DNA from: Bryobacterales bacterium
GTDB lineage: Bacteria; Acidobacteriota; Terriglobia; Bryobacterales; UBA6623
NCBI GenBank assembly: GCA_963422375.2
Contig: OY729428.2
Location: 1,632,001-1,696,000 of the forward strand
DNA: 64,000 nt
Direction: 5' to 3'
Positions 57,697 through 64,000 of the stretch are shown here, piece by piece; the first letter of the stretch is position 1, and each line of letters opens with the position of its first letter. The notes under the pieces were generated by a model. That model searched no databases. It worked only from the letters and a program-made list of their open reading frames with translations, and was not told the DNA's origin. Position numbers and translations under genes: made by a program.

Positions 57697-58550
57697 TCCG
57701 TCGAATCGGCGTTGTCAGCAAGCCGGGACGGGACGATATCCCGGACCTGCTAAGTTTCCTCGCGACCTGGTGCGCGGAACGGCGGATCGAGCTGGTCGTT
57801 GACGAGCCCTCGGCGGACTACCTGCGGCGCAGCGACGGCAGCCCTCGGGCAATCTTGCCGGAAGGCTGCGACCTGATTACGGTTCTGGGAGGGGACGGCA
57901 CCCTGCTGTCGGCGGCAAGGGCGGTCGGGAATCGCCAGACGCCTCTGCTGGCGGTCAACCTCGGGGGGCTCGGCTTCATGATGACGACCGGCCCGGAGGA
58001 GCTGCCGGCGGCCCTGGCCTGCGTCGAGCGGTCCGACTACGCCCGCGACTCGCGAATGGTCCTCGAGGCGCACCTAGTCCGCAACGGGGAGCCCTTGGGC
58101 CGCTTCTTCGCGCTCAACGACGTCGTCGTCGCGAACGGCGCCGTGGCCCGGCTGCTGCATCTCGAGGCGTACGCGGACGGGGAGTACGTTTGCGGCTATC
58201 GCTCTGACGGGCTGATCCTCTCGACGCCGACCGGCTCGACGGCGTACTCCCTCTCGGCCGGCGGTCCGGTCATGGCGCCGGACGTGGCGGCGCTGTCCCT
58301 GACGCCCATCTGCCCGCACACTCTCTCGAACCGCTCGGTGGTCCTGCCGGCTACTGCCAAGGTCGAGATTCGCGTGTCTGCGGGCGACGAGGAGAACTAT
58401 CTCAGCATCGACGGCCAGGTGGGGCGGCACCTCGAGCCGCAGGACCGCATCCGCGCCCGGATGGCCGGCCACACGGTGGACATCATCCAGACGAGGAGCG
58501 TGCCGTACTTCGACGTGCTGCGGAGCAAGATGCGCTGGGGCGACCGCTAG
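57693..58550 (+). CDS. nadK: NAD(+) kinase
   Basis: GGDGT, LND, TPTGSTAYSLSAGGP; GTGA overlap with tlyA. Confidence 0.96.
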   Translation: MIRRIGVVSKPGRDDIPDLLSFLATWCAERRIELVVDEPSADYLRRSDGSPRAILPEGCDLITVLGGDGTLLSAARAVGNRQTPLLAVNLGGLGFMMTTGPEELPAALACVERSDYARDSRMVLEAHLVRNGEPLGRFFALNDVVVANGAVARLLHLEAYADGEYVCGYRSDGLILSTPTGSTAYSLSAGGPVMAPDVAALSLTPICPHTLSNRSVVLPATAKVEIRVSAGDEENYLSIDGQVGRHLEPQDRIRARMAGHTVDIIQTRSVPYFDVLRSKMRWGDR

Positions 58551-58569
58551 GCGGCCGGGCCGCCAGCTA

Positions 58570-58824
58570 GTGCCTGTGACAAAACTCGTATCCCCTTGAC
58601 AACAAAGGCGTTAGGTCCAATCTCTCAAGGCGAAGATTTCACTGGAATGCTACGACTGGTCCGAAATCCTGCCAATTCTGGGTAGAGCGCGGAAATCTTC
58701 GCGATTGGCGTCTGAGCAACTTCCGACCTTGGGCCCTATATGTTGTGTTTGGAGATCCATCCGACCTCAGGATGTAGTATGAAATGCTGATCGGGCCAGA
58801 GTTCAGGGGTTTTGTCACAAGCAC
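58570..58824. mobile_element. 255-bp MITE, copy 2 (inverted relative to copy 1)
   Basis: Reverse complement of copy 1 with about 10 substitutions by eye; 6-bp TSD CAGCTA (58564-58569, 58825-58830). Confidence 0.92.
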
Positions 58825-58827
58825 CAG

Positions 58828-60027
58828 CTAGCCGCTGACCAGCGGCAGGGCGGCGAAGAAGACCACGCATGCGCCGAGCGCGACGTTAATCCACATCGGG
58901 TTACGGCTCTCCCGTCCCACCCACGCGCGCCGGTTGTTGAGCAGCAGGAGGGTCAGGGCTAGCAGCGGCAGGAACAGCGCTCCTAGAACGCCGTAGGTCA
59001 GCTGGATCTGGCGGACAGGGGCGTTCAGCAGAAACAGCGGCACTACCGCCACGAGCGCGACGGACAGCCTGTACGGAGCCGAGGACCGTAGGTCGCCGTC
59101 CGCTCCCGTCCTCAGCCGCGCGAAGTTGGCGAACAAGTACGGGATGCTCTGCCAGACCCCCAGCAGGCTGGAGAAGACGGCGCCCCAGAATCCCGCCAGG
59201 AACACCCACTTGCCTGTCGGGCCGATGGCTCCTGCGAGCCGGTCCGCCATCTGGGTGGCGAGCGCGGCGCCGCCCCCGGCTACGTCGATCTGCGAGCCGA
59301 TAACGATCACGCAGAATCCGAAGATCGCGGTCACCCCGTTGCCCACGCCGAGGTCGATCCTGCAGGTCTTCAACATGTCGCGGCCGCGCCGGTCCTGCTC
59401 CCGGATCCAGTAGCCGTACGACAGCAGGGTCACCGTCCCGCCCACGCCTCCCAGGACTGCCAGCACCCACGAGCCGCCGTCCGCTGGCATCGTCGGCACC
59501 AGCCCGGCGGCCAGCTCCCCGAGAGGCGGCGCGATGAGAGCGGTCGTCGCGACGACCGTCACGAACATCAGCCCGATCAGGGCCGACATGATCGATTCGA
59601 AGGCCTTGAAGCTGCCGCGCAGTACGATCGCCAATCCGGCGAGCGAATGGATTGCGGCCCAGATCACGACGGAGGTCTGGGTTTCACCGACCGGCAGCAG
59701 GGCCGTTCCCGCCACGCCGCAGGCGTTCGCCAAGGCGCGCCCTACCACCACGGCAAATAGCGAAAGATAGGCGAGAAACACCCACCGGATCCAGCTTCCC
59801 AGCTTGTCGTTCCAGCCTTCGAGCAGGGTGGTGCCGGTCGCGAGCTGCCAGCGGGCCACGCCTTCGCTGAGGACGAACTTGAGGAAGGCACCCGCCGCAA
59901 CTGCCCACAGCACGGTCGTGCCCAGTTCCGCCCCGGCCAGAGTCCCGGTCATCAGGTCTCCCGCGCCGACTCCCGTGGCGGCCATCATCAGGCCGGGGGC
60001 TATCACGCGGTACCAATTCGCTTTCAT
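58828..60027 (-). CDS. Nramp-like (YcsG-type) transporter
   Basis: PGLMMAATGVGAGD, many TM segments, GGVGGT, FSSLLG. Confidence 0.87.
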   Translation of the reverse strand: MKANWYRVIAPGLMMAATGVGAGDLMTGTLAGAELGTTVLWAVAAGAFLKFVLSEGVARWQLATGTTLLEGWNDKLGSWIRWVFLAYLSLFAVVVGRALANACGVAGTALLPVGETQTSVVIWAAIHSLAGLAIVLRGSFKAFESIMSALIGLMFVTVVATTALIAPPLGELAAGLVPTMPADGGSWVLAVLGGVGGTVTLLSYGYWIREQDRRGRDMLKTCRIDLGVGNGVTAIFGFCVIVIGSQIDVAGGGAALATQMADRLAGAIGPTGKWVFLAGFWGAVFSSLLGVWQSIPYLFANFARLRTGADGDLRSSAPYRLSVALVAVVPLFLLNAPVRQIQLTYGVLGALFLPLLALTLLLLNNRRAWVGRESRNPMWINVALGACVVFFAALPLVSG

Positions 60028-60193
60028 CGGTAGCTCCGGGCCGCCGCTAGGCTGCGCAGATAGCCTATCGAATCGCGAGAAGGGCTCCCGGGATCTAGCT
60101 CGCTGCGCTGGCAAGGAGCTCTGCGAATCTCCCGGCGATGGTCTTCCCGTCCGCCCGGACCTGCTGCCAGGATGTGAGACGATAGCGAGCGCC

Positions 60194-61717
60194 ATGCAGG
60201 AATCGCTGTCCAGACGGGCCTTCGTTGGCATCGCCACCGGGGCGGTCGGTGCCGTTTCGTGCTCCACCGGTCAACCCGAGGCCGCCGCGCTCCCGAATTT
60301 CGTGCTCTGCATGGGGGACGACCACGGCTGGCACGAGACCGGCTACAACGGCCACGGCTACGTGCAGACGCCGGTCCTTGACGAAATGGCGGCTGCCGGG
60401 CTCCGCCTCGACCGCTTCTACTCGGCCGCGCCGGTCTGCTCCCCCACGCGCGGGAGCGTGATGACCGGACGCCATCCGAACCGATACGGCACCTTCAGCG
60501 CGAACTGGTCGATCCGTCCGGAGGAAATCGGGATCGCCCGGATCCTCAGCGAGGCAGGCTATGCCTGCGGCCATTTCGGCAAGTGGCACCTCGGCCCGGT
60601 GAAGGCCGGTTCCCCGACCAATCCGGGGGCGTTCGGATTCGAGGAATGGCTGTCTCACGACAATTTCTTCGAGTTGGATCCGTATCTGTCGCACAACGGC
60701 GGACCGCCGGAAAGGCACGTGGGCGAGAGCTCGCAGATCGTGGTCGAGGCGGCGACCCACTTCATCGGCAAGGCCAAGGCGGCCGGCAGGCCGTTTTTCG
60801 TCGTGATCTGGTTTGGCTCGCCGCACGAGCCGTACAGCGGACTCGAAGCCGATCTCGAGCCGTATTCGGATCTACCCCCAAGCCTTGCCGACGTCACGAC
60901 ACGCATGACCTCGGAGGAGACCGGCGGTCGAGCCGAGTTCCCGCTTGACAAGGTCCTGCAGGCCCGCTTCGCCGAGATCACGGCCATGGACCGGGCTATC
61001 GGCGACTTGCGGATGCAGCTTCGGAGCGAGGGCCTGCGCGACACCACCATGCTGTGGTATTGCAGCGACAACGGCGCTCCGTCCGAGGGTCGCTTCGAGT
61101 CCCCGCTGCGCGCCAGCAAGGGCACTGTCTACGAGGGCGGCCTCCGCGTCCCTTCCGTCATCGAGTGGCCCGGTCGCATCGCCCGGCCGATGTGGAGCGG
61201 CGTCCACGCCGTGACGAGCGACATCCTTCCTACGGTTTGCGAGCTGGCAGGCCGGGCGCTTCCCGAGCGGCCCTTGGACGGGATCAGCTTGGTGCCACTA
61301 CTCGACGGCTTGATGAGCGAGCGGCCGGCGCCGATCTGCTTCTGGCGCTTTGAAGGCAATCCGGAGGGGACTGGCGAGCCCTACATCGATCCAGAGCTGC
61401 AGGAAGGCACGACCCCGCTGGTGAAGAAGATGGACGGTCGCTTCACCCGCAATTTCCGGAACTTCCGCTACGAGAACTTCGATAACGGCGATTTCGCCGG
61501 CCCCAAGGCGATCTTAGGCGACCGATACAAGCTGGTGATGGACGGCGAAGGAGCCGGTGCCGATCCAGTTCGCGAGCTCTTCGACATGAGGGAGGACCCG
61601 GGCGAGACCCGCGACCTCGCGAGTTCCGAGCCGGCCACCGTGGAGCACTTGGAACGCGAGCTGCGACAATGGCAGCGGTCCGTGCTGCAGAGTCTGACAG
61701 GTACTGACTACGCTTGA
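60194..61717 (+). CDS. Sulfatase, Tat lipoprotein
   Basis: SRRAFVG..AVSC, PNFVLCMGDD, CSPTRGSVMTG, GKWHLG, SDNG. Confidence 0.93.
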   Translation: MQESLSRRAFVGIATGAVGAVSCSTGQPEAAALPNFVLCMGDDHGWHETGYNGHGYVQTPVLDEMAAAGLRLDRFYSAAPVCSPTRGSVMTGRHPNRYGTFSANWSIRPEEIGIARILSEAGYACGHFGKWHLGPVKAGSPTNPGAFGFEEWLSHDNFFELDPYLSHNGGPPERHVGESSQIVVEAATHFIGKAKAAGRPFFVVIWFGSPHEPYSGLEADLEPYSDLPPSLADVTTRMTSEETGGRAEFPLDKVLQARFAEITAMDRAIGDLRMQLRSEGLRDTTMLWYCSDNGAPSEGRFESPLRASKGTVYEGGLRVPSVIEWPGRIARPMWSGVHAVTSDILPTVCELAGRALPERPLDGISLVPLLDGLMSERPAPICFWRFEGNPEGTGEPYIDPELQEGTTPLVKKMDGRFTRNFRNFRYENFDNGDFAGPKAILGDRYKLVMDGEGAGADPVRELFDMREDPGETRDLASSEPATVEHLERELRQWQRSVLQSLTGTDYA

Positions 61718-61741
61718 CGGCGGACACTGCCGGCGGGTCCC

Positions 61742-62503
<762 letters not shown>

Positions 62504-62939
62504 GGCGAGCGCATTGCAGTCTACCAGTCCCGGTCGCGTGCGAGTCTCTCGGTTGTCGTCGAGCGATGCCGTCCTCCGACGGTTCGGCCCCGTCCCTTGG
62601 CCATCGAGCTTCCGGGTCCCTTGGTGTGTGCTGGCTTCCGTGCTCGCGTCCGCGAGCCGTCTCCCAGGCCGCGGATACGACGATCGCCGCCGGGAGTTGA
62701 CGTCTAGCGCAAGGGCTGCGGGCTGAGGATGATGTACGATTGTTGCAGTCGAATGGCCGGGCATCTGTGTGTTCCAAGGTCATTTGCGAGGCGCTGCTAC
62801 GAGTGGCGACCACGTCCGGGTCATTTGGCGAAGGCGTTACGCTCGTGTATTCGCTGGCGCGCAGGCGATTCGCTATCTTGGTGCCAGACGGGTGTTGCGG
62901 CCCATCCAGCGGAACTGTCGGGGTGATCGGCAAGGGAAT

Positions 62940-64000
62940 GAGCCTTTTGCAAAAATCCCGAGCTCATAGCATTATCATTTAGTTAGTCTATTAAGTATTC
63001 GATATAATCAATGGAATAGAACTGTAGTAAATGTAGTTTTAATGGCTTGTCATGCGTTTTGAGTTTCCTGGAAATCCCTTGCCATCCGTGCTATTATTGT
63101 AATGAAAGCCTAGTAAACAGCTGGCAGAATTCAACGAATATGTCCTTGATAGAAACCGTATCCGCGTACTGGTTCACGTTCCAGCAGGGGCTGTTCCCCT
63201 GGCTCGAGCAGGAACTCGGCCCCCTCGGCGAGCGCTACCGCAGCTTCGTCCAAGCGGTGGAACGGGCGCAGGTCGAGGACTGCCTGCCCGTCGGGCAGGG
63301 CGGCCGCGGCCGCCCCCTCGAAAGCCGCGCCGCCATGGCGCGCGCTTTCATCGCCAAGGCCGTCTTCGACCAGCCCACTACGCGCTCGCCGGTCGAGCGC
63401 CTGCAGACCGATCGCACCCTGCGCCGACTGTGCGGCCGGGACCTGGCCGGGGCCGTGCCCGGCGAGGCAACCTTCTCGCGCGCCTGCGCCGAGTTCGCCG
63501 CCGGCGAACTGCCCGGACGCTTGCACCAGGCGCTGCTCGCGCGACTCGACCGCCATCGAGGGTCGCGAGCGGCCCGCCGGGAAGCCCGCGCCGGAACCGG
63601 AGCCGAAACGCAAGCGCGGGCGCCCTCGCAAGGGCGAGCAGCGGCCGCCCGCTCCGCGCCGACTGGCGCGGCAGCCCGACATGAATCTCGAAGCAATGCT
63701 GCACGACCTGCCGCAGGACTGCGATACCGGCACCAAGCGCAACGCCAAGGGCCGTACCGTCAGCTGGCGCGGCTACAAGCTGCATATCGACGCGATCGAC
63801 GGCGGGATCGCGGTCAGCTGCCTGCTCACCGCGGCTTCGCTGCACGACAGCCAGGCCGCGATCCCGCTGGCGACACGGACCGCGGGCCGCGTCGACAACC
63901 TGTACGACCGGATGGACAGCGCGTACGACGCGGCCGGGATCCGGGCCTTCAGCAAGCGGCTCGGGCACGTGCCGCTCATCGCTGTCAACCCGCGCGGCCG
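62940..64000 (+). mobile_element. IS5/IS1182-like element, truncated by window; transposase from 63140 broken near 63537
   Basis: AT-rich end starting GAGCCTTTTGCAAAA; FQQGLFPWLEQELGP, RAFIAKAV, EATFSRA, then frame change to RDSTAIE, GYKLHID, SLHDSQ, MDSAYD. Confidence 0.85.

Noticed and set aside
56260..58824. Composite transposon carrying tlyA-nadK
   Set aside because: Each MITE has its own distinct TSD and the outer flanks do not match, indicating independent insertions
63590..63640. KRKRGRPRK AT-hook-like motif as a second nucleoid protein
   Set aside because: It lies within the transposase frame as part of that protein

Overview
This is a GC-rich bacterial chromosome segment. The gene content suggests Acidobacteriota (Bryobacterales-like), possibly host- or sponge-associated; that is inferred from a carboxypeptidase-regulatory-type TonB-dependent receptor, DUF1501/DUF1553, several sulfatases and NHL/TPR/Sel1 repeat proteins. 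Intact blocks carry nadE, serS, priA, mltG-ruvX, surE, tlyA-nadK, three sulfatases, phoX, sugar-acid dehydratases and an octaheme cytochrome c with a His-rich membrane partner. They alternate with decayed accessory patches holding an hsdM remnant, a Uma2 nuclease, a complete IS1595 (21-bp IRs, 8-bp TSD), gcvPB/DUF1553/DUF1501 remnants, two nucleotidyltransferase-partner pairs, an orphan Panacea antitoxin, two copies of a 255-bp MITE (each with its own 6-bp TSD) and a broken IS5/IS1182-like element at the right edge. The most notable signals are: (1) decaying genes appear to drift consistently A:T->G:C, opposite to the usual bacterial bias; (2) the MITE family and its TAGnTR target; (3) six phased 11-bp Pho-box-like repeats upstream of phoX; (4) a stand-alone coiled-coil/AT-hook-like small protein with a strong promoter; (5) the octaheme/membrane-protein module; and (6) a hairpin-dense non-coding tail inside the IS1595. 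I saw no tRNA, rRNA or CRISPR array. All family calls are by-eye motif recognition, not database searches.
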